A stretch of DNA of 64,000 bases from Microcoleus sp. Lineage in GTDB: Bacteria > Cyanobacteriota > Cyanobacteriia > Cyanobacteriales > Microcoleaceae. The translations under genes and the position numbers were made by a program. Numbering within the stretch: position 1 is the first letter of the stretch; every line of letters begins with the position of its first letter. The notes under the pieces were generated by a model, which was not told where the DNA came from, did no database searches, and saw only the letters and a program-made list of their open reading frames with translations. Location: NCBI GenBank assembly GCA_042408215.1, contig JAYFMW010000028.1:320001-384000 (forward strand), given 5' to 3'. Below are positions 43,032 to 54,244 of the stretch, piece after piece.

Positions 43032-43279
43032 GTATAATCTTTCATGGAATTCATAATTATATAATTTGCTTGCCCCCTAGGGGCGGGTTTTCAAACTTTC
43101 CCATCAGATTCAGAACCCCATAAATCCCCCTTAACAAGGGAGTAGGGTGTGAGTAGGGGTTGACTTTGATGCTCATTCTCCCCCCTTCGGAAGGGGGGCG
43201 AGGAGGGGGATATCCGGGGTTTAAAAACAGGCCTCCGGGGCGGGTTTTACCAACTATCTATGTCTCAAACTAACGATAG

Positions 43280-43536
<257 letters not shown>

Positions 43537-43916
43537 TAACACGGCGATTCGAGCCGATGCAATGGGTATTGGCTTTGCGATTCCGATCGATAAAGCTAAA
43601 GCTATTTACGCACAGTTAGCCAAGGGAGAACAAGTTAGTCACCCGTTTTTAGGGATTCAAATGATTGATTTGACTCCTGAAATTGCTAGAGAGAATAACG
43701 CCGATCCAAATGCTCCTTTGATGGTACCGGAAGTTAAGGGGGTTTTAGTGATGCGAGTTGTGCCAAATACGCCTGCTGAGCAAGCGGGGATTCGCAAGGG
43801 AGATGCGATCGTTCAAATTGACGGCGAGGCTATCACCGCATCCGAAAAGTTGCAAAATCTGGTGGAAAATAGCCAAATCGGTCAAAGTTTGAAACTGAAA
43901 TTGTGGCGGGGTTTTC

Positions 43917-44016
43917 ATATTGTTTACGGTTGCATCGGAATGATTTAACCGCAGAGACCACAGAGGACACAGAGGAAGAGAGAGATGAATAATTCCGATA
44001 CCAACGGATTTGATAT
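43917..44016. mobile_element. ~100-bp MITE, inverted relative of 13277-13379
   Basis: Shared CGGTTGCATCGGAATGATTTAACC..AGAG core. Confidence 0.8.
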
Positions 44017-44327
44017 CAGAGGAAAGATGTTGCTGTTCAAACGGCTCAATTGAGGGATTTTTAGAGGTGAAGGGGAAGGGGGTATTTTTCCCAGTCTAGG
44101 AGTGAAGAGTAGATTTTGAGGCCGCTAGGGGCAATCCAGAAGTGGTTGCCCCATTTGTGCCTTCTTTGGATTTGGGGCAGTGGTGTTTTTTGACCCGTTG
44201 CAGGTAGATGTGGTTGGCGGGGCGATCGGGGCGATCGAATTTGGTGCGATCGATGTCGAGGAGTTGGATGGTTTGGTGGAATCTTTGGGGCAGTGGTAAG
44301 ATGGAAAAATGAATTCAAGGTTGTTTT

Positions 44328-44759
44328 ATGTCAAATCCTGACTTGGATAAACTGTGGCAGTTATCCCGTGATGAGAAGTTTCAAATGAAAGTTGTCATGA
44401 CCTATGATGAGATAGCTGGCTTATGCGAGGAGCTTGGATACAGGGACAAGTTGCGTTTGGCGCAAATGCTGATACAGCTAGCCAGAAAAGAAGAGGAAAC
44501 TCAAAACCCTCAACGCCGAATTGAAGAGAACCGGAAAGACTTATCGAAACCTCAAAATAGCTCGGAAGTAGTTCAATATGTTTTTGAAAGGCTCATAAAG
44601 TTAAAGCCAGCCAAAATAAGCTCACTTCAGAATTCAATCGGCGCCATGTTTCAATTTCAAGGCGGAATTTCTGAGTCTGAACAAGAAAGAATAATATCTG
44701 AACTTCAAAAGTTAAAATACATACAAATTGATGCCAACAATCGAGTCACATATTTATAG
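44328..44759 (+). CDS. Hypothetical protein (start may be 44398)
   Basis: AT-rich ORF; C-terminus looks like a small winged-helix-type domain. Confidence 0.65.
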   Translation: MSNPDLDKLWQLSRDEKFQMKVVMTYDEIAGLCEELGYRDKLRLAQMLIQLARKEEETQNPQRRIEENRKDLSKPQNSSEVVQYVFERLIKLKPAKISSLQNSIGAMFQFQGGISESEQERIISELQKLKYIQIDANNRVTYL

Positions 44760-44949
44760 TTTAAACCGCAAATATGAGGAAAAATAAACTCATGGTCGCC
44801 ACAAGGTTCACAGAATAAAGACTCAAAATTCCCGTTTTCTATCCCGCTTACACTGATGCCAAAGGCCTCCATGTAGGATTTTTTTTAACTCTCCAGAAAT
44901 CCTGCATCACTCGATGCTATGTTTGTCACTCCCCAGCTTTTGCATTGCC

Positions 44950-45312
44950 CTAATCTTCAAGTTCTAAATATCGAGCCAAAATCTGTTGAATTTCTTGGAG
45001 TTGGTGCAACTCTAATTGCCCAAGACAGCGCACGAGTCTGCGTTTATCAAACGTCATCGGATCGACGCACACGATAAAACTCTCGGTACTCAGACCATTG
45101 AGAGTCGAAGGAATTACTGGCAAAACAATGGGCCGTAAATGCTCGTTTGGAACCGCAGAAGTGATGGGCAGAACTGTGACTTTACTGCGTTGATTAAAAG
45201 CAGTTCCTGAAATAATTACCGCTGGTCGAGTCTTGCGGATTTCTGTACCGACTGAGGGATCGAAATTCACGAGCCAGATGCTTCCCAGTCGGTAATCGCT
45301 GCTTGCTGCCAT
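44950..45312 (-). CDS. mazF: PemK/MazF family toxin
   Basis: IWLVNFDPSVGTEIRKTRPAVIIS, VLPITS. Confidence 0.9.
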   Translation of the reverse strand: MAASSDYRLGSIWLVNFDPSVGTEIRKTRPAVIISGTAFNQRSKVTVLPITSAVPNEHLRPIVLPVIPSTLNGLSTESFIVCVDPMTFDKRRLVRCLGQLELHQLQEIQQILARYLELED

Positions 45313-45497
45313 GCTTCATCCTCATCGGTTAATTGATCGCTCAGTTCATCCAGCAATAAACAAGCTTCCACCATTGCCTGCTGTTCTTGTTGTTTGCGCC
45401 ACGCTTGCAATAAAACCTCAACTAGGCGACTGCGATTTTGTACACGCTGGTCAATGTAACGCACTAACTCATCTGGCAAAGAGATAGATACTTTCAT
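45267..45497 (-). CDS. Ribbon-helix-helix antitoxin
   Basis: MKVSISLPDELVRYID...NRSRLVE; acidic tail; overlaps toxin start. Confidence 0.85.
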   Translation of the reverse strand: MKVSISLPDELVRYIDQRVQNRSRLVEVLLQAWRKQQEQQAMVEACLLLDELSDQLTDEDEAWQQAAITDWEASGS

Positions 45498-45632
45498 AGA
45501 CAGTATTTATGCTACTTTTAATACTACCAATGGTAGCACATCGATCGCGCAGATAGCAAGTAGGGTGCGTCGCCATCTATAATCTGCAAGTTATGTTCAA
45601 AATCTCGCAGCGACGCACCCTACGGATTAACA

Positions 45633-46832
45633 CTACACAAAATTAGCCGGATCTTGATCCCGCCGATGCTTCAACAGAATCGGAGCACCTTGGCTCACGC
45701 CCACCAACGCCGCCGTTTCCTCCAAAGCTTCCCTCAGCCGCTTCGCCGCGTAAATCGACATATCACGGGGCACATTCACCCGATCGCGCAAATACCGCAA
45801 AGCCCCATCAGAACCAACCGGCGGCGTACAAACTTCACCAGTCATCATCAAAGTTAAAGCACAACGCAAAGCCTCATCGAATAAATTGTCATCAGCAGGA
45901 TTGACTCGAATGATGTTGCGGTGATGCTTGATAACGCGATGGAGTGCTTCAGCGCGCGAGGTTTCCGGTTCTGGATACATAACATCCGGGAGTCCAGCCC
46001 AAGGCCCGTTGTCCACGCGAGCTTTATTGAGTAACATCTGCGGTTCGCCGTTTTCAAAACAGCCGCCCATTTGAGGCGGCAAATCATGTACATGAGTATG
46101 AAAATCGCTTTGAGTACCGCGATAGGTAGGGCGGCTTTCCATCCCCGCAAACCAGTCAGCAAAGCGCGGGTTTTCTGCCCGCATGGAGTAGCCTTTGTAG
46201 TAGTAAAGACTGGCATTCATCCGTTCGACATAGGGCGTAAAGATGACATCCGCAGTGCCAAATTCATCGAGGAAATAAGGGCCGGGGGTGCTAGCCAGGG
46301 CTGCTTCAACTTGGGCGACGACGCTGATAAATTGGTTGCGGTTGTGTTGTTCTACTTTGGCTGAACTGGCGGGGTAGCACAGCCAGGTGCACCAGGCTCT
46401 AAATAGCAGTCGCTCTAGCCGCCGCAGGGGAAGCACTGCGGGGTGTTCCATCCCCAAACTCAAGGGGCCAAAGACTCGTTCTAGGGCGATTAAGATGTCG
46501 TCGCTTTCGGTGATGATGTGGCCGTCTAGTTCGATCGCCGGTAGCATTCCCGATGGCACTTTGCGCTTGTACCAGCTTTCTTTTTCCCCATAGCAGAACA
46601 TGGTCACTTTGTCAATGCGGTAGGGGATTTGTTTTTCTTCCAACCACAGCCAGATTTTTTGACAGTAGGGACACCAGGCGTGGTTGTCGCGGTATAGGGT
46701 GACTCGCACATCGGATTCGGTTTTACCGAAGAGGCGCAACCGGGATTGGGCGTTGGTTGGCCCGTTTGTGCGATCGATTTGAAAGTCTGTGAGGGCTTCT
46801 AATTCTGTCCAGCTTAGGGGGGTTGCGATCAT
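45633..46832 (-). CDS. Glutathione S-transferase family protein
   Basis: [31 protein letters not shown]. Confidence 0.92.
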   Translation of the reverse strand: MIATPLSWTELEALTDFQIDRTNGPTNAQSRLRLFGKTESDVRVTLYRDNHAWCPYCQKIWLWLEEKQIPYRIDKVTMFCYGEKESWYKRKVPSGMLPAIELDGHIITESDDILIALERVFGPLSLGMEHPAVLPLRRLERLLFRAWCTWLCYPASSAKVEQHNRNQFISVVAQVEAALASTPGPYFLDEFGTADVIFTPYVERMNASLYYYKGYSMRAENPRFADWFAGMESRPTYRGTQSDFHTHVHDLPPQMGGCFENGEPQMLLNKARVDNGPWAGLPDVMYPEPETSRAEALHRVIKHHRNIIRVNPADDNLFDEALRCALTLMMTGEVCTPPVGSDGALRYLRDRVNVPRDMSIYAAKRLREALEETAALVGVSQGAPILLKHRRDQDPANFV

Positions 46833-46897
46833 GGGATTTTAGATTTTAGATTTTAGATTTTAGAATTGAAGAAAGCGACTTCTTAGTAGCATAGGAG

Positions 46898-47215
46898 GCG
46901 CGATTTAATCTTAACTTAGCCAAACATATACAAACATAATAGTATAATGCTCCGGTCGCTAAATCTCGATCGCTGGTATGCTTCTACTCAGTTATGTTCT
47001 AACTGTGGTGACAAGCAACCGATGTCGTTGAGCGCAAGGATTTACGATTGCTCTGCTTGTGGACTTTTAGTTGACAGGGACTTCCAGGCCTCTATTAATT
47101 TGGAAAAATATGCTCGGATGGCTAAACCGAGTCTGGACACAGAGGGTTAATTGCGCCGTCGCTACCTGATGAAGTGTCAACTAATATCCGGGTTTGTCCG
47201 GGTTTTAGATAGCAG
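46898..47215 (+). mobile_element. Internally deleted tnpB element (IS607-like ends); only zinc-ribbon tail and right end remain
   Basis: DRWYASTQLCSNCG...YDCSACG..DRDFQASINL; short direct repeats CAAACATA at left, CGGGTTT repeats at right. Confidence 0.7.
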
Positions 47216-47376
47216 TTACGCACTGTAGACGATCTTGCAAAGCTTTGAGATTCTTCGCAACACTTGCGAAGGACCAAATTAGCTCCAAATCCGTAATTCC
47301 TGTGGTAATAAGATAGTTTGCTTTCGGTTAAAAAAGGCTTTGAGGACGGTCGTCCTCACTGCAAACTTAACTATAA

Positions 47377-48258
47377 TTAAGGTGACATTTGGGGAGGGGG
47401 CGGGGTGTCTTGAATTTTAGCGAGTGCTGCTTTCATTTCAGGAGTGGCTAGCAACTTTTGGGTATCTGCGATTAAACGATCGCCCCAGAGGTTTTCTTTG
47501 AGATAATCTACCGTAGCATAGCGTTTGTCGAGTTTCAGAGCTGCTTCTCCCATCGCTAAGCCTTTTGCTTTGTCGCCTTTGGTATAGAATGCTACTGCTA
47601 TAGCTAGCATTGATTCCGCTGCTTTGTTGTCGATCGCGATCGCCTGTTCCCAGCGTTTGATGGCACTATCGACATCTCCCATTTCGTATTTGACTAATCC
47701 GATATTGTTGATAGCGGGCCAGAGATTTTTTTCTAAAGCAAAGGCTTTTTCATATTGGGCGATCGCCTGATCGAACCGTTTGAGCTTGTAAAAAGCATTG
47801 CCTAAATCAAATAATGCACCGGGAGTATTTGGTTTTAACTTCAACCCTGCTTGTAAGTATTCAACTGCTTGTTCATACTTGGCTTGCCGAAAATGAGCTT
47901 CTCCCAAGACAAATTTAATTGCAGGATTTTCCGGCGACAGAGATTGAGCTTGCTGCAAAGCGTCAATGCCTTTTTGAAACTGCTCGACTTGAAGGTACAA
48001 GCTGCCTAACAAAGTCCAAGTTTGAGCATTCGTGGGGGCTAATTGTGTGGCGAGTTCGGCTCTGGGTACCGCCAGTTGGTACTGCTGGAGTCTGGCTAGC
48101 TGGACGGCTTCTTCTGCAAGGCTCAAGGCTGTTTGTTCGAGTTGGGCAGAGTCGATTTGCAGGGTGTAAGGCAGGAGTGCCTGTGCGACAACAGGCTTGG
48201 GCATTGTCCACAAACCGAGTGCGAGTAGCAGAGATAGTAGAGGAAGACGATTAGGCAC
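47377..48258 (-). CDS. Tetratricopeptide repeat protein with signal peptide
   Basis: Serial TPR helices (LGSLYL, LGEAHF, LGNAFY, IGLVKY). Confidence 0.9.
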   Translation of the reverse strand: MPNRLPLLSLLLALGLWTMPKPVVAQALLPYTLQIDSAQLEQTALSLAEEAVQLARLQQYQLAVPRAELATQLAPTNAQTWTLLGSLYLQVEQFQKGIDALQQAQSLSPENPAIKFVLGEAHFRQAKYEQAVEYLQAGLKLKPNTPGALFDLGNAFYKLKRFDQAIAQYEKAFALEKNLWPAINNIGLVKYEMGDVDSAIKRWEQAIAIDNKAAESMLAIAVAFYTKGDKAKGLAMGEAALKLDKRYATVDYLKENLWGDRLIADTQKLLATPEMKAALAKIQDTPPPPQMSP

Positions 48259-48313
48259 GCGATCAGCCCCAGCAAAAAATATAAAGGTTTCTCTATCGCC
48301 TATAATAACCCAT

Positions 48314-48617
48314 AATTGGGGAATTGGTAATAGGTAATTGGCAATTGGTAATTGGTCATTGGTAATAGGTCATTGGTAATTGGTCATTGGTAATAGTTTT
48401 GAATTTTAAGATGGCCGCGTTCGAGTTCGCAACCCTTCGCGATTTTGCCTAGGAAACTCTTTAACTTACAGCCTAAGTCAGAACTCTGAATTCTGAATTC
48501 AGAACTCTGAATTCAGCAATAGCAATTCTGAAATAACAAATAACAAATAACCCACAAACAATCCCCTATTCCCTATTCCCTATTCCCTATTCCCTATTCC
48601 CTATTCCCTATTCCTAT
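48314..48617. repeat. Mixed STRR arrays (AATTGGT, TCTGAAT, AAATAAC, TTCCCTA)
   Basis: Tandem 7-mers. Confidence 0.85.
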
Positions 48618-51600
48618 CTCAAAGTATGTTGAATTCGATCTAATAATTGGGCTGCTGACAGGGAAGAAGGCAAAAATTTTGCCGCTACTTCTTGCAGCAT
48701 AAAGTCGATCGCTTCTGATTCTAAAGTTGCAATGCACCGATAATCTAAAACTAAAATAGGCGGTTTTTCGGTCATTTGTCGCAGATTCGATAGTGCTGGC
48801 AACATCGCGGATGATTCTGAGGGCACATCTCGCAAGCAAAGCAGGACTAGGTCAACGCTTTGATATTGCAAATGCTGCAAAACTTCTGTCCAACAGCGAG
48901 CGTTCGCTCCTCGAAATCCTGCGGTTTGGATGTACTGCCTCAAAGCTTGAAAGTTGGGATATGCAAACTCTGAATTGGGAATGGGAAACTCGATATTTGT
49001 CGATCGACCATCGGCATTTTCTACTTCTGCTGTCTCCCCATTCCCCCCAAGATTTCGTTGCAAGTCGGGTAAAGTCGCAATGTCGGCAAATAAAATGCTG
49101 GGCTTCCAACTCATGCCAGCAGCTACTTGAATAACTTGCCACAAAGCAGATGCTACCAGAGGAGTGCGATCGGTGTCGGTACTGTCGCTGTCGGTGGCCA
49201 AACACGGAAATACTGACAGTCTTTTGACTTGATTTGCCAGTTGGGTAGTTGTGGGGTCTAAAGTTACTAAAGGGAGAGAACCCAAACTCGAAGACTGACT
49301 TAACTGTTCGATAAAAGCTGAGGGGTTTTGCAGTTGATTTGTGCCGTCCAAGACGATCGCCGAAGGCCGCCAAATTCGGGCGAGGAGTTCTGCTTGGCCG
49401 ATGTCATCTGCTTCTAAAATCCGGCAGTAAGTAGGGTTGAGCAATAAAGACGAACCTTGAGAGGCACTGTTCTGCGGGCTGAGCCACAAAATAGTCAAAG
49501 AACTCTTAGTTTTGTCTGATTTGGCATCGGGGTGACAAATCAAGTCGCCCAGCAGCCACCGCAAAGCGGGTTCTTCGATCGGCAAGCTCAAAAAGCCTTC
49601 GGCTCGGTTGACAGCAGCTCGTTCTTTTTCGCCTCTGGTGGCTGTGACGATCGCCGGTATCGATCGAGTATCTGGATCGCTCTTGAGCAGCGTCAGCACG
49701 TCCCAGCCTGACAGCAGCGGCAGCAGTGGGTTGAGGAAGATCGCTTCGGGACTGAAGCGGCGGGCTTTTTCGAGTGCTTCGGTGCCGGAACGGGCGACGA
49801 TGACTTGGTAGCCCAAACCTGTGAGTGCGTTGCTTAAATCTTCGATATATTTGGGAACTGCTTCGACGATTAATACTAAACGGGAGCGAGAATTGGCGAT
49901 CGGGTACTGATATTTGGGTTTTAATAATTCTGGCTCTAGGGCTGTATATTCTGCGGCATCTTCCCTGCTGTTTCCCGGAGGATTCGGCGGCAGGAGCAAG
50001 GTAAATTGAGAACCTTGACATTCTGAGGAAATAAAGGAAACATCTCCGCCGTGAAGCCTCGCTAATCGTTGGGTGAGTACCAATCCCAGTCCCGTTCCTT
50101 GAAAGCGGCGAGTCAGGGGGCTTTCTAGCTGTTGGAATTTTTGAAAGATTAGGTGTTGTTTGTCTGCGGGGATGCCGATGCCTGTGTCCCAAACTGTGAA
50201 TGCGATCCAGCCTTCCCACATATTGACTTTCAAGCCGATTTTGCCGCCGGCTTCGGTGAATTTGAGGGCGTTGGAGAGGAGGTTGACAAGCATTTGCCGC
50301 AGCCGTAGTTCGTCGGCAATTAAGTAGCTTAGTCCCGGTTCTATTTCCAGGGTAAATTCGATTTTGTCTGGGGATTCTGGGGGAGAAGTTGCGGGTTTTT
50401 GCGACTGGTTCGGTGCTTTTTCTTCTGGCTGCTGGAGTTGCTTGGCTTGTTCAAAGGCTTTGTTGCAGGCGCTGGTAATTTCGACTGGTTCGGGAATCAG
50501 TTCTAGCTGCCCGGTTTCCATTCTGGTCAAGTCTAAAATATCGTTAACTATTGTCATCAAGTGCCGCCCGCTTTGATGGATTAGTTTGGCGTAGCGAGTT
50601 TGGCGATCGTTTAGTTCTCCGATCAATTTGTCTTTGAGAAGGCTGGACAAACCTAGGATGGCTGTGAGCGGGGTTTTGAGTTCGTGGCTGATACAGGATA
50701 AAAATTCGTCTTTCAGTCGGTTGAGATGGATTAAATCTGTATTTTTAGCTGCTAGTTCTTTGGCGACTAAATGTTCTTCGGTGACATCTTGTCCCATTAC
50801 TAAAATTAGGTTGTCTGAGAGTGGCTGTTTGATAAATTGCCAGATTCGTTCTTGACCTTTTTGTACGGGGCATTCGCAAATGTATGTGTCTGGTTTGCCT
50901 GCGATCGGACACCAAGCTGGAGTGGTTAAGGTTGAGGGAGAGGCGGCGGCGTAGAGGGGTAGGGGGCAACTGGTGGCAGTGGTAGCATCGCGAGTAGCAT
51001 CGCGATCGGGTGCTTTGGCTGCTCCTACTAGACTCCGGCGCTCTTGGGTGAGGGCTTTGGTGTTGACGCTGTTGTATTCGGTTTTTACTGGGCTGGGTTG
51101 ACTGGGCGAGGGTGTGCCGAGATTTGCTGCTGGTTCGGGGACTGGTTCTGGGCCTGCTCCCAGTAAAATCCGCCACGCTGCGTTTTGGCTGACTATTTGC
51201 CCGGTGGGGGTTTGCAATCTCAGGGGTAGGGGCAGTTTTTCGAGGAGTTGGACGAGGGAGTTGAGGTGTTCGGAGGGTTTCAATCCTGCTTCTAGAAAGC
51301 GCACTTGAGCTTCTAGGGCGGTTTCGATGGCTGCCTGTATCGGCTTTGATTCGATGTCTCTGACTGCTGTTGGTGGAGCTGTGAGGCTGTAGTCTGTTGC
51401 TCTTTCGCGGACGATCGAGCTGATGTTAACTGCTGCGAATTTCAGCAGGCTCAGGCTGTCTAGTAATCCCAAAAATTGGCCGTCGGAATTTGTCAGGGCT
51501 AGAGGGCCTTCTATGCTTCCCGCCGGGCCAAGGCTGGTACTGTCGGGCAAAAGTATTTTATTTTTTTGGGGGTTTGCGGTTTTTGTGTTAATTTCCCCGG

Positions 51601-51898
51601 TTTGTAGGTACTGCCAGAATTCGCTCACGCTCTGATCTGCTGATACGGATCTCAGGGGAGCGAGTGTGGGGGGGGTGATTTCTGATAGCGGTTGCTCCCA
51701 GTCCCTGGAGCGATCGGCTAGTGGCATCAGACTGCGGAGGTAGACTAATCCCAGGGGCTGTAGTTGTTCGTTGACTACTGCGACGCGATCGCAGTTGCAG
51801 GATCTGAAAATTGACCGCAGCGCTGCTAGCTTCGCTGTGTGAGGCACGAGCGGCACTGGTTCCAGAAAATTTTTGAGACTAGGGCTGGTGAGTGGCAT
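48614..51898 (-). CDS. Hybrid histidine kinase with CBS-like N-terminus and atypical receiver domains, divergent from kaiA
   Basis: SHELKTPL, NALKFT, DTGIGI, GTGLGL; first receiver reads IFLNP at the phospho-Asp position; start uncertain (up to 51955). Confidence 0.88.
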   Translation of the reverse strand: MPLTSPSLKNFLEPVPLVPHTAKLAALRSIFRSCNCDRVAVVNEQLQPLGLVYLRSLMPLADRSRDWEQPLSEITPPTLAPLRSVSADQSVSEFWQYLQTGEINTKTANPQKNKILLPDSTSLGPAGSIEGPLALTNSDGQFLGLLDSLSLLKFAAVNISSIVRERATDYSLTAPPTAVRDIESKPIQAAIETALEAQVRFLEAGLKPSEHLNSLVQLLEKLPLPLRLQTPTGQIVSQNAAWRILLGAGPEPVPEPAANLGTPSPSQPSPVKTEYNSVNTKALTQERRSLVGAAKAPDRDATRDATTATSCPLPLYAAASPSTLTTPAWCPIAGKPDTYICECPVQKGQERIWQFIKQPLSDNLILVMGQDVTEEHLVAKELAAKNTDLIHLNRLKDEFLSCISHELKTPLTAILGLSSLLKDKLIGELNDRQTRYAKLIHQSGRHLMTIVNDILDLTRMETGQLELIPEPVEITSACNKAFEQAKQLQQPEEKAPNQSQKPATSPPESPDKIEFTLEIEPGLSYLIADELRLRQMLVNLLSNALKFTEAGGKIGLKVNMWEGWIAFTVWDTGIGIPADKQHLIFQKFQQLESPLTRRFQGTGLGLVLTQRLARLHGGDVSFISSECQGSQFTLLLPPNPPGNSREDAAEYTALEPELLKPKYQYPIANSRSRLVLIVEAVPKYIEDLSNALTGLGYQVIVARSGTEALEKARRFSPEAIFLNPLLPLLSGWDVLTLLKSDPDTRSIPAIVTATRGEKERAAVNRAEGFLSLPIEEPALRWLLGDLICHPDAKSDKTKSSLTILWLSPQNSASQGSSLLLNPTYCRILEADDIGQAELLARIWRPSAIVLDGTNQLQNPSAFIEQLSQSSSLGSLPLVTLDPTTTQLANQVKRLSVFPCLATDSDSTDTDRTPLVASALWQVIQVAAGMSWKPSILFADIATLPDLQRNLGGNGETAEVENADGRSTNIEFPIPNSEFAYPNFQALRQYIQTAGFRGANARCWTEVLQHLQYQSVDLVLLCLRDVPSESSAMLPALSNLRQMTEKPPILVLDYRCIATLESEAIDFMLQEVAAKFLPSSLSAAQLLDRIQHTLR

Positions 51899-52319
51899 AA
51901 CAAACCTGAGAGTCTGCTCAGGAGAGCAGTAGTATTTTATCAAAGAGATTATCAAAGAGATTTGAGACCCAATGTAGCTTGCCGATTTTTTGTATCTAAT
52001 TGTTTTATATCAGTCCGCCCCAGGGGCTTTTTGCTGCACCGAAGTCGGCGAGTCCGATGCCTACCTATGATTTGAGGCGACTAGCAATGATTTTAAGGCT
52101 TAAGCTTAATTGCAGAAATCAGGCTCGCGCGGCTTGACGCAGGAACACAGCAGTACAGTTTCATGATCCCTCTGCGATCGGGTGAGCACTGATTTTGTCG
52201 TTAAGATTGGTTACAATAAATGTTTAGATGATTGTTAAAATGTTAAGTAGTTTGTAAAGGAGATATCAACTCTGAGCCATCCAGCACTTTCGGACAACTT
52301 CGGTGTTTCACCTACAGCT

Positions 52320-53255
52320 TTGCTTCCCCAACTGTCTGTATGTATTTTTGTCACGTCTGAGGAACTCGCAGGCTCTGCGATCGAGCAGTTGAGTGGCGAT
52401 CGCTATGTTTTGACGCAGATTAAGTCGGCGATCGAGTTGTTTGGATTCCTGAAGCACAATTATCACCTCGATTGTTTGGTTTTGGAAGTCGATGGGGATT
52501 TGCGCTCGCTGACTGGTAAGCTAAAGGATCGATCGATCTTTTTGCCGGCTGTGATTTTTTCACCGCAGCCCGGAGAGGATGCCAGACAAGAAGAGTCACC
52601 TTCAGATCGCTTGGAAGCCGGAGCAAGTGCGCCGCAGAACAGTCAACAGCAAAGTTGCTCTTTTGTTTACCACGCTGCGGAGGTGCATTTGCCAATTGCT
52701 CGATCGAGAGAAATTGGCGCAGGTATCGATCGGGCGATCGCCCAATTTCTGAAACTTTCGACTCCGGTTCCTTTAAACGATCAGTCTGCAACTGCTGGTG
52801 CGACGGCTCAATTGACAGCTCAAAGTTTGCTCCAGCGACAGCAGCGCCGGCTTGCTGAAAAATTACGGGAGCGATTAGGATACTTAGGCGTGTATTATAA
52901 GAGAAATTCCCAGAATTTCTTGCGGAATCTGTCTCAGGCAGAAAAACAGAAGTTCTTAGAGCAATTAAAGTTAAGTTATCGCCTGATAGTTTTGAATTAT
53001 TTTTCTCAAGACGCAGCGGTAAATAATCAAATAGATGAATTTGTCAATTTTGCTTTTTTTGCTGACGTTCCGGTGACTCAAATTGTGGAAATTCATATGG
53101 AATTGATGGACGACTTTGCCAAACAGCTAAAATTAGAAGGGCGCAGCGAAGAAATATTGCTGGATTACCGCTTGACTCTGATTGATGCGATCGCTCATCT
53201 GTGCGAGATGTATCGTCGCTCAATCCCGAAAGAGGCATCTGAAGGTAGAAGGTAG
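52320..53255 (+). CDS. kaiA: Circadian clock protein KaiA
   Basis: ERLGYLGVYYKRN, LEGRSEEILLDYRLTLID, HLCEMYRRSIP; TTG start. Confidence 0.97.
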   Translation: MLPQLSVCIFVTSEELAGSAIEQLSGDRYVLTQIKSAIELFGFLKHNYHLDCLVLEVDGDLRSLTGKLKDRSIFLPAVIFSPQPGEDARQEESPSDRLEAGASAPQNSQQQSCSFVYHAAEVHLPIARSREIGAGIDRAIAQFLKLSTPVPLNDQSATAGATAQLTAQSLLQRQQRRLAEKLRERLGYLGVYYKRNSQNFLRNLSQAEKQKFLEQLKLSYRLIVLNYFSQDAAVNNQIDEFVNFAFFADVPVTQIVEIHMELMDDFAKQLKLEGRSEEILLDYRLTLIDAIAHLCEMYRRSIPKEASEGRR

Positions 53256-53408
53256 AAGGTATTCGCTGCTAATTTAACAAAGAATCAGGGAGAAGGGAGA
53301 AGGTAGAAGATAGAAAATATTATAAAATAAGAAAGAACAGCAGATTTGAGACAAATAACAACTACAACTAACATCTAACAACGAACACTGAAAGTTGAGA
53401 AAAAATTC

Positions 53409-53723
53409 ATGACTCCTTTGAAGAAAACCTACGTTCTCAAGCTTTATGTTGCGGGCAATACTCCCAACTCAGTGCGAGCTTTGAAAACCCTTAAGGACAT
53501 CCTCGAACAAGAATTTCAAGGAGTCTACGCACTGAAAGTGATAGATGTTCTCAAAAATCCTCAGCTAGCAGAAGAAGACAAAATTTTGGCAACCCCGACG
53601 CTGGCGAAAATCCTGCCGCCACCGGTGCGAAAAATTATTGGCGATTTGTCCGATCGGGAAAAAGTTCTGATCGGATTAGATTTGCTCTACGAAGAACTTC
53701 GCGAAGAAGACATGAACTCATAA
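53409..53723 (+). CDS. kaiB: Circadian clock protein KaiB
   Basis: [30 protein letters not shown]. Confidence 0.98.
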   Translation: MTPLKKTYVLKLYVAGNTPNSVRALKTLKDILEQEFQGVYALKVIDVLKNPQLAEEDKILATPTLAKILPPPVRKIIGDLSDREKVLIGLDLLYEELREEDMNS

Positions 53724-54244
53724 GAAGCTCCTGATACGTTGGGAAACTCAGTCACGAAGAGTGCTGAGAGTAAAAAATTGCCTAGGGACTTGAGTCGCCT
53801 AACTCTTTCAAAGGGAGATCGTTTGTTGTACAATAATTGTAGATCAGTTTTTATTAGCCTTAGATGCAGACCAGATCTGTCAAATGCAAGCTTCAAGTCC
53901 CTAAAGAGTTGCGTCAAGATATTGACATTACCCTTGAGCGGTTTGCTGACGCTTGCAATCAGATTCTTGACGTTGCAAAAGAGGCTAAACAATGGAACAG
54001 GACCAAGTTGCATCACCGGCAAAGGGAAGAGTTATCGCAACGGGAAGAAGTTCAAGTGTGGGCACTGCGGATTTGAACATGATGCTGATGTAAATGCGGC
54101 TAAAAATATAGCTGCTTTGGGGTTGTCCGTAAGCCAGCCCGAAAGTCCGGGGATGACGTGCCAACTACAAGGTCAATTGGCTTGGTTCGGTGGTACGTTC
54201 GATCGGGGCTGAAGCTCAGTCACAAAGGGTGCTGAGTTGCTTAC
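53722..54244 (+). mobile_element. tnpB: IS200/IS605 element with internally deleted tnpB
   Basis: Hairpin CTCAGTCAC-n5-GTGCTGAG near both ends; TnpB N-terminus (MQTRSVKCKL) joined out of frame to zinc ribbon/RuvC-III (FKCGHCG..DADVNAAKNI). Confidence 0.85.

Noticed and set aside
49506..50219. 237-aa alternate-frame ORF inside the hybrid kinase
   Set aside because: Off-frame shadow with no motifs
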